64,000 bases of DNA from Candidatus Magasanikiibacteriota bacterium (GCA_963840935.1 CAWJAS010000001.1:128875-192874); one strand, 5' to 3'; numbered from the stretch's first letter, positions 48,219 through 57,738 are shown. Numbers and translations are program-made. Notes: generated by a model not told the origin, from the sequence alone.

Positions 48219-50296
48219 TTGATTTTAAAAATGAACTTAATGATGAACAGTTGGCCGTTGTCCTTAAAGGCGACGGCCCTTGTTTAGTTCTTGCTGGCGC
48301 CGGTTCGGGCAAGACGCGCACGATTACTTATCGAGTGGCGTTTTTGCTTGAGCGGGGGGTTAGCCCGGAAAATATTTTGCTCGTCACTTTTACCAATAAA
48401 GCGGCCGGGGAGATGATTAATCGGGTTCAAGAAATAACCGGTATGAAACAGAAATTACCCTGGGCCGGGACTTTTCACAGTATTGCCAATAAAATTTTGC
48501 GCGCGCATGCTTTGGCAATCGGCTATAAACCGAATTTTACAATTCTCGACACTGACGACAGTGAATCGCTTGTCAAAATTTGCCTAAAAAAAATCGCTCC
48601 TGAGACAAATGGCGATAAATTTCCTTCGGCCAGAGTGATAAAAAATATAATCAGTTTTGCCAGAAACGCCGAAACAACAATTGAAGATGTTTTGGACATG
48701 AAATATCCGAGCTGGTTTTGCTATTCCGATGAAATAAAACAAATCGCCGAAGAATATGAAAAGAAAAAGCGAGAGGCCAATGCCATGGATTTTGATGATT
48801 TGCTGACAAATTTTTTGGTTTTATTAAACCAGCCGGAAATCGCGCAAAAATATTCCCGTCAATTCAAATACATTTTAGTCGATGAGTACCAAGACACAAA
48901 TCGCATTCAATCAAACATTGTAAAAAAATTAGCCGAGATTCATAAAAATCTTTTGGTGGTGGGCGATGACGCGCAAAGTATTTATTCTTTCCGCGGGGCG
49001 GACATTGAAAATATTTTGAATTTTGAGCGTTATTTTCCATCGGCGAAAGTTTTTAAACTGGAAACCAATTATCGTTCCAGTCAAGAAATTTTGTCTTTGG
49101 CCAACAATGTTATTGAGAACAATGTAAAACAATACCAAAAAAATTTGCGCACGGTTTTTGAGTCCGGCGTAAAACCGGAACTCCGCCCACAAATGGATCA
49201 ATCGGCCGAAGCGGAGTTTGTCAGGCAAAAAATCAGTGAGGCCTTGGAATCGGGAATTCCGCCAAAAGAAATTGCCGTGCTTTTTCGCGCCTCGCACCAT
49301 TCACAGCAATTGGAAATGACGCTTGCCAAAGCCGGAATCGCCTATGACTATCGGGGTGGTTTACGGTTTTTTGAGCGAGCGCACATCAAAGATGTGCTTG
49401 CCTATTTGCGTTTGATGACAAATTTGGCGGATACTACTGCTTGGATGCGCGTGCTTTTGAAAGAAGAGGGAATTGGCACAGTTGGGGCGGAGAGAATTAT
49501 CGAGGCGGTTAGACAACATGTCATCCTGACCCGCCAGTTGGCGGGGAAGGATCTTTCAATTTTAGAACAAAAAGATTCTTCGGTCGCTATGCTTCCTCAG
49601 AATGACATTAAAAATATTTTAGGCGAGCGGGCGAAAGTCGGTTGGAATAATTTTGTCCGTATTTGGGAAGAGATGCTCAATGTGGGAATTGGCAATCCTT
49701 CGGAGTTGGTCAAGGCGATTTTAAAAACAGGTTACAGCGATTATTTGGAGGCCGAATATATTGACAGCAGAGAGCGGACGGCTGATGTGGGACAACTCGC
49801 CGTGTTCGCCGAAAAGTTTGATGATCTGAATGAATTTTTATCTGAAGCTGGACTGAATGAAGATTATGGCCAAAAAAATCAAAAAAATAAATCCAGTGAA
49901 GAAAAAATTATTCTTTCAACCATTCATCAGGCCAAAGGTTTGGAATGGAATCATGTTTTTATAATTAATCTTTCAAGCGCCGGTTTTCCCAATGGCCGGG
50001 CGCTCGGCGAGCGGGGCGGACTTGAAGAAGAACGCCGTTTGTTTTATGTGGCACTTACCCGAGCCAAACGAAATTTATTTTTGACGTATCCTTTGTCGGG
50101 CGGGGGATTTGGCGACATGACAAGCGGGCCGTCCATGTTTTTGGAGGAAATCGATCCGGACTTACTCAAAGATTATTCACTCTTGCCCGAACGGGGAAGT
50201 TTGGTTTTGGATGATGATGAAATAACTTATGTTTCTGAAGACGAGCCAATAAAAATAACACCCGGATTTTTGCTCCGGGATGTTGATGATTTGTAA
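48215..50296 (+). CDS. UvrD/PcrA/Rep-family ATP-dependent DNA helicase
   Basis: LVLAGAGSGKTRTITYRVAFLL, VTFTNKAAGEM, VDEYQDTN, helicase motifs to the C-terminus. Confidence 0.9.
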   Translation: MIDFKNELNDEQLAVVLKGDGPCLVLAGAGSGKTRTITYRVAFLLERGVSPENILLVTFTNKAAGEMINRVQEITGMKQKLPWAGTFHSIANKILRAHALAIGYKPNFTILDTDDSESLVKICLKKIAPETNGDKFPSARVIKNIISFARNAETTIEDVLDMKYPSWFCYSDEIKQIAEEYEKKKREANAMDFDDLLTNFLVLLNQPEIAQKYSRQFKYILVDEYQDTNRIQSNIVKKLAEIHKNLLVVGDDAQSIYSFRGADIENILNFERYFPSAKVFKLETNYRSSQEILSLANNVIENNVKQYQKNLRTVFESGVKPELRPQMDQSAEAEFVRQKISEALESGIPPKEIAVLFRASHHSQQLEMTLAKAGIAYDYRGGLRFFERAHIKDVLAYLRLMTNLADTTAWMRVLLKEEGIGTVGAERIIEAVRQHVILTRQLAGKDLSILEQKDSSVAMLPQNDIKNILGERAKVGWNNFVRIWEEMLNVGIGNPSELVKAILKTGYSDYLEAEYIDSRERTADVGQLAVFAEKFDDLNEFLSEAGLNEDYGQKNQKNKSSEEKIILSTIHQAKGLEWNHVFIINLSSAGFPNGRALGERGGLEEERRLFYVALTRAKRNLFLTYPLSGGGFGDMTSGPSMFLEEIDPDLLKDYSLLPERGSLVLDDDEITYVSEDEPIKITPGFLLRDVDDL

Positions 50297-50297
50297 T
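50250..50297. repeat. Left copy of a 47-bp direct repeat (the last 47 bp of the uvrD-like ORF)
   Basis: ATAAAAATAACACCCGGATTTTTGCTCCGGGATGTTGATGATTTGTAA. Second copy at 51320-51366 differs at 2 positions. Confidence 0.85.
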
Positions 50298-50593
50298 TAC
50301 CCTGTCATTCCGATCGGATCTTTGTTGGCAGATTTCGGCTTCGTCTCGCTATGCGGGATTTCGCTGAGAAGGGCAGGTCAAAAGCTTAAAAAACGGGCTT
50401 TTTATTTTTATGATTTTGGCTAATTTTAGATAATAAATACTCTTGACAAAACCGCCAAAATGTACTATAGAATATTGGTGATTGCGATGGAAAGCTCTTT
50501 TTAGGAAGTCAAGAGAAAAAACAAAAACGGTAAGCCTTGGGTCTCGGCATAATGTCGGAACAAGAGGCGCGCCAAAGCGAAGGAGATAGAATC

Positions 50594-51235
50594 ATGAGTC
50601 GGAAAGACAAGAAGGAATGGACGCTGGAGACACTGCTCTCGGTGGTCGGGTTCTTGTTCGAACTGTTGCGCGTGGTCGTCAACGCTCTGCGTGCCCGCAA
50701 TGGTACGGTGGACGACCTGCGTCGCCTGATCAGGGAGCCGAAGCTCGTCGATGATGTCTTTGACCTTATCGTCGGCGCGAAGAAACTCATCGGCTTCCAG
50801 GTCACCTACGATCAAGCCAAGGGATTGACGGAACTCATCAGGCGCGCCCTCGGTCCAAAAAACGTTAATAACTTCAATCACGACATGATGCCGTCGCGGT
50901 TCCCGCTCAAGGGGAGGAATGTCCGGACGGTTAACGTCCGGGTCGAACCTTTCCTTTCCGGTGAGACAGGCGAAGAGGCCGCGAAGCGCCTGACCGCCAC
51001 CGGCCACACCCTGGCCAACACCGGCGACTTGGTCGGCTTCCTCCATGAACATCCTAAGGAGGTGGAAAATTGGAGCTGGGTCATTTCTTTGAGCGGTGAC
51101 TCCCGTTGGAAGGACCCGAACGGCTATATCCTCGTGCCGTGCGCCCGCGTGAATGGTGCGTATCGCTTCTTTCGCCTTGACGACTTCGATGAAATATTCG
51201 GCTTCGACCGTGGCGTCCTCGTCCTTTGTGAGTAG
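50594..51235 (+). CDS. GC-rich hypothetical protein A (paralog family with B and C)
   Basis: RBS gaaggagatagaatcATG. G/C-rich third positions. C-terminal block RVNGAYRFFRLDDFDEIFGFDRGVLV. Confidence 0.55.
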   Translation: MSRKDKKEWTLETLLSVVGFLFELLRVVVNALRARNGTVDDLRRLIREPKLVDDVFDLIVGAKKLIGFQVTYDQAKGLTELIRRALGPKNVNNFNHDMMPSRFPLKGRNVRTVNVRVEPFLSGETGEEAAKRLTATGHTLANTGDLVGFLHEHPKEVENWSWVISLSGDSRWKDPNGYILVPCARVNGAYRFFRLDDFDEIFGFDRGVLVLCE

Positions 51236-51287
51236 ATAGTCTTGGTCCTGCCAAAGGCGGGCAGGTCTAGTTATTTAATGTTCATTC

Positions 51288-51320
51288 GGCCCGACATAAA
51301 ATGTGTCGGGCTTTTTTTAT
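51288..51320 (+). terminator. Rho-independent terminator
   Basis: GGCCCGACAtaaaaTGTGTCGGGCTTTTTTT. Confidence 0.75.
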
Positions 51321-51366
51321 AAAAATAACACCCGGATTTTTACTCCGGGATGTTGATGATTTGTGA
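51320..51366. repeat. Right copy of the 47-bp direct repeat
   Basis: ATAAAAATAACACCCGGATTTTTACTCCGGGATGTTGATGATTTGTGA. Confidence 0.85.
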
Positions 51367-51368
51367 AG

Positions 51369-51749
51369 CTATCCAATTATTCTATAGACTTGGCTCAAAT
51401 GCTGGTCAAAATTGTTGGGCAAGTTTGCTTGTGTTTTTGCGTCCCAAACTTTTAATAAAAATTGGTCCATATTCATCGGTTCTTTTTCTGCACCAAACCT
51501 GTTTATCAGTTCGTCGATTTTTCTTGGTTTTACGTCGGTCAGAATCAAAAAGTATTCGGTTGATTTTTTGCCGTCTATTTTAAAAAATTGGACATGATTT
51601 CCAAACATCTCCGCTTCTTCGGGGGTGGTGTTTTCCGCAATCAGGTCGTGCCAAGATTTGTAAATATTTTCCACGGACGGCAAAATTTCACCGGTTCTTT
51701 CTTGACCTTCGGAATCAATATATGTAAATGATGGGCTTTCTGAAGTCAT
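51369..51749 (-). CDS. Hypothetical protein (AT-rich, host-like)
   Basis: Convergent with the helicase. Its stop abuts the right repeat copy, whose reverse complement forms a hairpin plus T-run. Confidence 0.5.
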   Translation of the reverse strand: MTSESPSFTYIDSEGQERTGEILPSVENIYKSWHDLIAENTTPEEAEMFGNHVQFFKIDGKKSTEYFLILTDVKPRKIDELINRFGAEKEPMNMDQFLLKVWDAKTQANLPNNFDQHLSQVYRIIG

Positions 51750-51950
51750 ATGCGATTATTGTAAAATAATCGCTGAATTTTGTAAATATTAATTCCGTCG
51801 TTCACGAGCGACTGGATTGACAAAACAACAAAAAAATGTAATATTTTGTTTGACTGTTCATTTTAAAATCCAAAAAATCCCGCCAATTCGGCGGGTTCCT
51901 GGCCCGGGATTAGGGCATGGAGGCGGGCGATAACAAGCCCGAGGAGAGCA

Positions 51951-52562
51951 ATGTCGAAACCGTTGGAGGAAGTGAAGAAACTGACCATTGGCCAGCTGGC
52001 CGCGCTCGTGCACGCCATCGGCGGGCTTGTCGCGGTCAAGGCAATTCTTCGTGACAAGGGTCTGGCCAAACGGGTGGCCGAGTTCATCTGTAATGACGAG
52101 AAGGGAATCGTTAAAGTTGTCGGCATGTTCACGGCATTCGTGGATTACGCCAACCCGTCGTACCAAGAGCTCAAGTCGGCCTTCGATTGGGTCGATGACT
52201 GGTATGATCGGGCGATGTTCAAGACAATCGACATCTGTAAATCGGTTAGTCGTGAGCCCTGTGTAGTGGGGTTCGTCTACGTCCATATGGACCGCACCGC
52301 TTCCAGTAATGAGGTTTACGCCACGATGGAGACACGTGGATTGCGTCCGGCACTATACGAGGAACTCCTGGCGTTCGCCAAGGCCTACCCTGACGAGCAG
52401 AGGAAGTTTCATATTATCGCTCTTGGATCTTTCTGTGTGGGTGTGAGCGGTGGTCGCTACGTGGCGTACCTCAGCGATGTTGGCTATGGTCGTCGCCTGC
52501 GCCTGGATTTTTTTGAGCACGACTGGTTTGACAATTGCCGTTTTCTCGCTGTCAGCAAGTAA
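51951..52562 (+). CDS. GC-rich hypothetical protein B (paralog family)
   Basis: RBS ggaggagagcaATG. C-terminal block SDVGYGRRLRLDFFEHDWFDNCRFLAV. Confidence 0.55.
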   Translation: MSKPLEEVKKLTIGQLAALVHAIGGLVAVKAILRDKGLAKRVAEFICNDEKGIVKVVGMFTAFVDYANPSYQELKSAFDWVDDWYDRAMFKTIDICKSVSREPCVVGFVYVHMDRTASSNEVYATMETRGLRPALYEELLAFAKAYPDEQRKFHIIALGSFCVGVSGGRYVAYLSDVGYGRRLRLDFFEHDWFDNCRFLAVSK

Positions 52563-52600
52563 CGGTCATTGGCAACTTGGCTACTTGGTTCTTTCGTTTA

Positions 52601-52650
52601 CTTTTGGGCCCTTGGTACTTTGGTACCTTGGGCCCTTTTTTATTTTAAGT
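52601..52650 (+). terminator. Terminator hairpin GGGCCCTTGGTACtttGGTACCTTGGGCCC plus T-run; repeated at 53940-53990
   Basis: Same sequence follows gene C (gggtccttggtactttggtatcttgggccctttttt). Confidence 0.7.
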
Positions 52651-52729
52651 TATCTCTAAATATTAATTGCAAATAAAAAAGGACCCACTTTACCCCGGGT
52701 CCAATAGGGTCTGTGCCTTTTTGGAACAC

Positions 52730-52830
52730 TGTTGGTCGCGAGATGCGATGCTGGTTTGTGTTCGCATGCGACACATTTTTGGTCGCCACGACATTTGGTC
52801 GCAGTGCGACAACACGTTGTTCCTTAGGCG
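52730..52830. repeat. Cluster of 3-4 direct iteron-like repeats TTGGTCGC-N-CGACA
   Basis: ttggtcgcgagatgcgatg / tgttcgcatgcgacaca / ttggtcgccacgaca / ttggtcgcagtgcgacaaca. Confidence 0.55.
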
Positions 52831-53034
52831 GTCCTTCGCACGCCGGTTTGGTTTCGCGCTAGGTCTGCCGGCTCATCATGACGTGCCTGCCTCCTTCTCT
52901 GTATTGGTTAGAGGTTTTTGGAATCTGAATAAAATGATAACATATTTTTTTGCAGATTGACAAGAGTTTCAAAATGTAATATGTTATTTTGTTAAATAGC
53001 GTTCTTTTTTATATCTCGGTTTTCTTTGGGCCAA

Positions 53035-53100
53035 TATCATTGTCATTCCCGCGAAGGCGGGAATCTGAGAAACGTGGATCCCCGATCAGGTCGGGGATGA
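53035..53100. repeat. Inverted pair of TGTCAT(T/C)CCCG boxes, each with its own hairpin; related box TGTCATTCCGATCGG at 50302-50316
   Basis: TGTCATTCCCGCGAAGGCGGGAATC ... GATCCCCGATCAGGTCGGGGATGACA. Confidence 0.55.
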
Positions 53101-53195
53101 CAGTTGTTGATCAAAAGAAGACCGGGATACAAAACCGGCATCCTTTCGGCCAGTTTGGTCGGAAGTATTTCCCACTTTGGGAAAGGAGAACGCAA

Positions 53196-53906
53196 ATGAA
53201 CAGAAAAGTGTCGTTCAATGCCATTGCCCGTTTTATGGTGGAGCTTTCGGACGAGGAACAGCGGGCGATAGTGGAGAATCCCGGGCTCGTTCGGTTTTTT
53301 TTGGCTGATTTGGCCCGCGAGAAGGAGGATAACACCTTCTTCACCCACATCGCCGACAAGGACGCCCCGGCGCATCTCATAGACACGGTCGCCAAGTGGC
53401 GCAAGCTCGCGAGCGACATGGGCTACACCGGTCCGGTGCTCTGGCTGGTCAAAGCCGGCTTCACCCTGAAGAAGCATGCCCCGCTCGCTGGTCCCTGCTA
53501 CGAACAGTTCAAGTACCTGCAGGACTGGATCTTTCAGAACTACGAACCTACGGTCGACTCTACGGTGTTCTTCGTCCCTCGCATCATCGCGACGGGGAAG
53601 GACGCCGAGGAGCAGAAGCAGGTTCTCTCCAAGCTTCGCGCGAAGTACAAACTGTCGGCAAACCACTGCGACTCGTTCGGTTCGGTCGCACTCATCAGCG
53701 GTCTCATACTCGCGCACTTCAAGCGTACGGGCGAGCGCGCCCCTCTCAACGACGAGTGGGTGCGCACCAACACCTTCGACTCGGTCGGCGACCGGCTCTA
53801 CCTCGGCGGCTTCAACGAGTATGGGCTCAGCTGCGGCCGCCACTGGAGTGTCATCAGCCGTGGCCGACTCGGGGCTTTCCCGCTGGGGATCGAGTCGCTC
53901 GTCTAG
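53196..53906 (+). CDS. GC-rich hypothetical protein C (paralog family)
   Basis: RBS gaaaggagaacgcaaATG. C-terminal block DSVGDRLYLGGFNEYGLSCGRHWSV. Minus-strand ORF 53043-54056 is its antisense shadow. Confidence 0.55.
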   Translation: MNRKVSFNAIARFMVELSDEEQRAIVENPGLVRFFLADLAREKEDNTFFTHIADKDAPAHLIDTVAKWRKLASDMGYTGPVLWLVKAGFTLKKHAPLAGPCYEQFKYLQDWIFQNYEPTVDSTVFFVPRIIATGKDAEEQKQVLSKLRAKYKLSANHCDSFGSVALISGLILAHFKRTGERAPLNDEWVRTNTFDSVGDRLYLGGFNEYGLSCGRHWSVISRGRLGAFPLGIESLV

Positions 53907-53939
53907 GCCGATTTGCTCTTTCATCATCTTTTGCCTGTC

Positions 53940-53990
53940 GGCAGGCAAGCTTGGGTCCTTGGTACTTTGGTATCTTGGGCCCTTTTTTAT
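53940..53990 (+). terminator. Second copy of the GGTACTTTGGTA-type terminator hairpin
   Basis: GGGTCCTTGGTACTTTGGTATCTTGGGCCCTTTTTTATT. Confidence 0.7.
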
Positions 53991-54134
53991 TCCCTTGACA
54001 AACTCCGCCTCATCATATATCCTATTCACGAACGTTAAAACTTTGCCTTGGCCCATCTAACCAAGGCAAAGAGTAAACCTTTAGCAAAAATCGTGGCTGA
54101 TTTTAACAAAGGTCAGCTTTTTTATTTAAAAATT

Positions 54135-54563
54135 ATGCCAACAATTAACCAAGTGCTTCGGAAAGGACGCAAAGACAAGGTCACCAAGTCAAAGACTCCG
54201 GCTTTGCAGTTCATGACCGACAACCTGCACCGCAAGAAAACCGTGCTCGCCAAGGGTTCGGCTTTCAAACGCGGAGTGTGCACCAAGGTGTACACTACCA
54301 CTCCAAAGAAACCGAACTCGGCTCTTCGCAAAGTCGCCAAAGTCCGTTTGAGTAACGGCATGGAAGTAATCGCCTATATTCCGGGCGAAGGACACAACCT
54401 TCAAGAACACTCCATCGTGCTTTTGCGTGGTGGTCGTGTGAAAGATTTGCCGGGCGTGCGCTATCACATTGTGCGCGGAGTTTATGATACTCAAGGAATT
54501 GAATCTCGCCGACGCGGTCGAAGCGTCTACGGCACCAAGCGTCCGAAAGCGAAGAAAGCGTAA
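54135..54563 (+). CDS. rpsL: 30S ribosomal protein S12
   Basis: [43 protein letters not shown]. Confidence 0.95.
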   Translation: MPTINQVLRKGRKDKVTKSKTPALQFMTDNLHRKKTVLAKGSAFKRGVCTKVYTTTPKKPNSALRKVAKVRLSNGMEVIAYIPGEGHNLQEHSIVLLRGGRVKDLPGVRYHIVRGVYDTQGIESRRRGRSVYGTKRPKAKKA

Positions 54564-54584
54564 TGATACATAACATATAATACT

Positions 54585-55061
54585 ATGCGTGGAAAAAAAG
54601 CAGTAAAGCGCCTTGTAATGCCTGACGCAAAATACGGCAACGCGCTTTTGGGAAAATTTATAAATTATTTGATGGTTGGCGGAAAAAAGTCCACAGCCCA
54701 AAAAATCGTTTATGGCGCTTTGGAAAAAGCATCCGCTGAATCAAAAAAAGACGCCATAAAATTATTTGAAGAGGCGATTAGAACTGTCGCGCCTCAAGTT
54801 GAGGTTCGCTCAAAAAGAGTCGGCGGAGCAAATTATCAAGTGCCGTTGCCGGTTAGGGGTGAACGCCAAAACGCTTTGGCTTTTCGCTGGATTATTGACG
54901 CGGCCAGAGCCAAAAAAGGCCAGCCGATGCTTGATAGACTCGCGACCGTTCTTAATGAATCGGCGCAAGGTTTGGGAGACGCCATCAAAAAACGTGATGA
55001 CGTTCACAGAATGGCCGAAGCCAACAAGGCCTTCGCTCATTTTGCGCGCTTCGCCAAATAA
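54585..55061 (+). CDS. rpsG: 30S ribosomal protein S7
   Basis: KRVGGANYQVPLPVRGERQNALAFRWII. Confidence 0.95.
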   Translation: MRGKKAVKRLVMPDAKYGNALLGKFINYLMVGGKKSTAQKIVYGALEKASAESKKDAIKLFEEAIRTVAPQVEVRSKRVGGANYQVPLPVRGERQNALAFRWIIDAARAKKGQPMLDRLATVLNESAQGLGDAIKKRDDVHRMAEANKAFAHFARFAK

Positions 55062-55085
55062 ATTCAAAAATTATAATTTTAATTT

Positions 55086-57161
55086 ATGCCTCGTGAATAT
55101 ACATTAGAAAAAACACGAAATATCGGCATCATGGCTCATATCGATGCCGGGAAAACAACAATTTCCGAGCGTGTTTTGTTTTACACCGGTAAAAAACATA
55201 AGATCGGCGAAGTGCATGAAGGCGCGGCTGAAATGGATTGGATGGAACAAGAAAAGGAACGCGGTATCACCATTACTTCCGCCGCCACCACTTGTTTTTG
55301 GAAAAGCCATCGCATTAACTTGATTGACACTCCAGGACACGTGGATTTTACCGTGGAAGTGGAGCGCTCGCTCCGCGTGCTTGATGGCGCGGTCGCTGTT
55401 TTTGACGGTTCGCAGGGTGTTGAACCGCAATCAGAAACCGTTTGGCATCAGGCCTCAAAATATCATGTTCCCCGAATCGCTTTTGTAAATAAAATGGATA
55501 AGATGGGCGCGGATTTTTATATGAGTTTGGATTCCATTCGCGAACGCTTGTCAGAGGAAGCATATGCCATTGAATTGCCGATTGGCGCCGAGGGAACTTT
55601 TAGCGGAGTGATTGATTTGATTGAAGAAAAGGCCTATAAGTTTGAAGGAAAAAATGGAGAAATAATGACAGAAATTCCCATCCCTGATGATATGACGGAA
55701 AAGGTAAAAGAATATCGCGCCAAATTAATGGAAAAAATCGCTGAAGCGAATGATGAGTCAATGAATAAATATTTGAACGGTGAAACTTTTTCTCCGGAAG
55801 AAGCAAAAAAATTGATTCGTGAAATGGCTTTGGCTAACAGATTAAACCCGGTAATGTGCGGTTCGGCTTTGGCAAATATTGGCATCCAATTGATGCTTGA
55901 CGCGGTCATCGCCTATTTGCCGGCTCCGACCGATTTGCCTCCGATTGAAGGAACCGACATGGATAGCGGAGAAAAAATAACTCGTCAGGCGACTGATGAA
56001 GAACATTTTTCCGCCTTGGCTTTTAAAGTGGCCACCGACCCGTTTGTCGGTAAATTAATTTTCTTCCGAGTTTATTCCGGTTCGGTAAGCGCCGGTTCAT
56101 ACATATATAATTCTTCAAACGGTGAAAAAGAACGCATCGGGCGAATTGTTCGTTTGCATGCCAATCACCGAGAAGACGTGACCGATGTTTATTCCGGAGA
56201 GATTGCCGCCGCCATCGGGCTCAAAGCCACGGTGACAGGGGACACTCTTTGTGATGAGAATCATCCTATAGTTTTGGAAAAAATTATTTTCCCGGAACCG
56301 GTTATTTCGGTCGCTATTGAACCAAAAACCAAAGTTGACCAAGAAAAAATCGGCATGGCCATGCAAAAATTGGCCGAAGAAGACCCGACTTTCAAAGTCC
56401 ACACCGATGAAGAAACTTTACAGACGATTATTGCCGGCATGGGTGAATTGCACTTGGATATTTTGGTTGACAGAATGAAGCGCGAATTCAAAGTAGAGGC
56501 CAATGTTGGCGCTCCGCAGGTGGCCTACAAAGAAACTGTTCGCAATTCCGCGGAAGCCGAAGGCAAATACATCAAGCAATCGGGCGGACGCGGACAATAT
56601 GGTCATTGCTATTTGCGAGTAGAACCGCAAGAGCCGGGCAAGAGTTTTGAATTTATTGATGAAATTAAAGGCGGTGTAATTCCGCGTGAATATATTCCGG
56701 CGATTGAAAAGGGTGTTAAGGAATCTTTGACTCGAGGTATTCAGGCCGGTTATCCGGTGGTTGATGTTAAAGTGACTTGTTTTGACGGTTCATATCACGA
56801 AGTTGACTCTTCGGAAGCGGCCTTTAAAATGGCCGGTTCAATGGCCTTCCAAGACGCTTGCAGAAAAGCCAATCCGGTAATTTTGGAACCGGTTATGAAA
56901 GTGGAAGTGGTGACACCGGAAAGTTTTATGGGCGATGTGATTGGCGACTTGAACTCCAAGCGCGGGCAGATTGAAGAAATGACAGACCGCGGTCCGATGA
57001 AAGTGGTCAAAGCCAAAGTACCGCTTGCCTCAATGTTTGGTTATGTCACTTCTCTGCGCAACATGAGTCAGGGCAGGGCAAACTCCACCATGGAATTCAG
57101 CCATTATGCCGAAGTTCCGAATAATGTGGCTCAGCAGATTATTGAAGGAAAGAAAAAATAA
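55086..57161 (+). CDS. fusA: Elongation factor G
   Basis: [27 protein letters not shown], full EF-G domain series. Confidence 0.97.
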   Translation: MPREYTLEKTRNIGIMAHIDAGKTTISERVLFYTGKKHKIGEVHEGAAEMDWMEQEKERGITITSAATTCFWKSHRINLIDTPGHVDFTVEVERSLRVLDGAVAVFDGSQGVEPQSETVWHQASKYHVPRIAFVNKMDKMGADFYMSLDSIRERLSEEAYAIELPIGAEGTFSGVIDLIEEKAYKFEGKNGEIMTEIPIPDDMTEKVKEYRAKLMEKIAEANDESMNKYLNGETFSPEEAKKLIREMALANRLNPVMCGSALANIGIQLMLDAVIAYLPAPTDLPPIEGTDMDSGEKITRQATDEEHFSALAFKVATDPFVGKLIFFRVYSGSVSAGSYIYNSSNGEKERIGRIVRLHANHREDVTDVYSGEIAAAIGLKATVTGDTLCDENHPIVLEKIIFPEPVISVAIEPKTKVDQEKIGMAMQKLAEEDPTFKVHTDEETLQTIIAGMGELHLDILVDRMKREFKVEANVGAPQVAYKETVRNSAEAEGKYIKQSGGRGQYGHCYLRVEPQEPGKSFEFIDEIKGGVIPREYIPAIEKGVKESLTRGIQAGYPVVDVKVTCFDGSYHEVDSSEAAFKMAGSMAFQDACRKANPVILEPVMKVEVVTPESFMGDVIGDLNSKRGQIEEMTDRGPMKVVKAKVPLASMFGYVTSLRNMSQGRANSTMEFSHYAEVPNNVAQQIIEGKKK

Positions 57162-57189
57162 ACCCGTCGCTCTCGAGCGGCAGGTTAAA

Positions 57190-57228
57190 TTAAAAAAACA
57201 CCTTGACGAGTATCAAGGTGTTTTTAAT
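57190..57228. terminator. Bidirectional terminator after fusA
   Basis: ACACCTTGAcgagtaTCAAGGTGTTTTTAATT. Confidence 0.7.
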
Positions 57229-57230
57229 TA

Positions 57231-57434
57231 TTACGCGGCTTTTTTAAACCAACCTTTTTCTAAATCTGTTTCGGCGACACCATCTGTTTCGGCGACACCA
57301 TCTGTATTATCGACATCAGTAACCGTCTCAGCGGTAATGTCTCCATCGGTTGGCAATTTTTCTTTTTCAACGCTTTTGTCTTCTATAAACCACTCTTTTT
57401 CTTGTGGGTCAAGGCCCGGTGTTTCTCCGATCAT
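57231..57434 (-). CDS. Small acidic hypothetical protein containing a 21-bp tandem duplication (DGVAETD x2)
   Basis: tctgtttcggcgacaccatctg repeated in tandem at ~57277-57318. Confidence 0.3.
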   Translation of the reverse strand: MIGETPGLDPQEKEWFIEDKSVEKEKLPTDGDITAETVTDVDNTDGVAETDGVAETDLEKGWFKKAA

Positions 57435-57463
57435 ATTTTAGTTATTATAGGCATAACATGCCT

Positions 57464-57703
57464 TTATTTAGATTTTTTTTCACTATAATTTTTTGCCATT
57501 ATTTCCTCCCATAATTTTTTTAGTCGAGCTCTATCTTCTGTGTGTTGCCTCAATTTTTCTTCTGTTTCCAAATTTTCATCAATTTCATCGTCCAGTTGTT
57601 TTTGAAATTCTTCAACCGGGTCCCATGAACCCAACTCTCTTGTATCAATTAAATGAGATCCTTCTCCCGACCTCTTCATGTATAACGGGTTTTGTTTTTC
57701 CAT
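57464..57703 (-). CDS. Hypothetical charged protein
   Basis: 79 aa. Confidence 0.35.
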   Translation of the reverse strand: MEKQNPLYMKRSGEGSHLIDTRELGSWDPVEEFQKQLDDEIDENLETEEKLRQHTEDRARLKKLWEEIMAKNYSEKKSK

Positions 57704-57738
57704 ATTATTTTTTTATCACGGCTTATTTGCCGTATAAT

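Noticed and set aside
52667-52960. 97-aa ORF spanning the iteron-like repeats.
   Set aside because: It has no RBS and its sequence is dominated by the direct repeats. It reads as non-coding.
53043-54056. 337-aa minus-strand ORF overlapping GC-rich gene C.
   Set aside because: It is a mirror ORF of the GC-rich plus-strand gene. The plus-strand product has an RBS and protein-like composition. The minus-strand one is an Arg/Glu/Leu-rich artefact.
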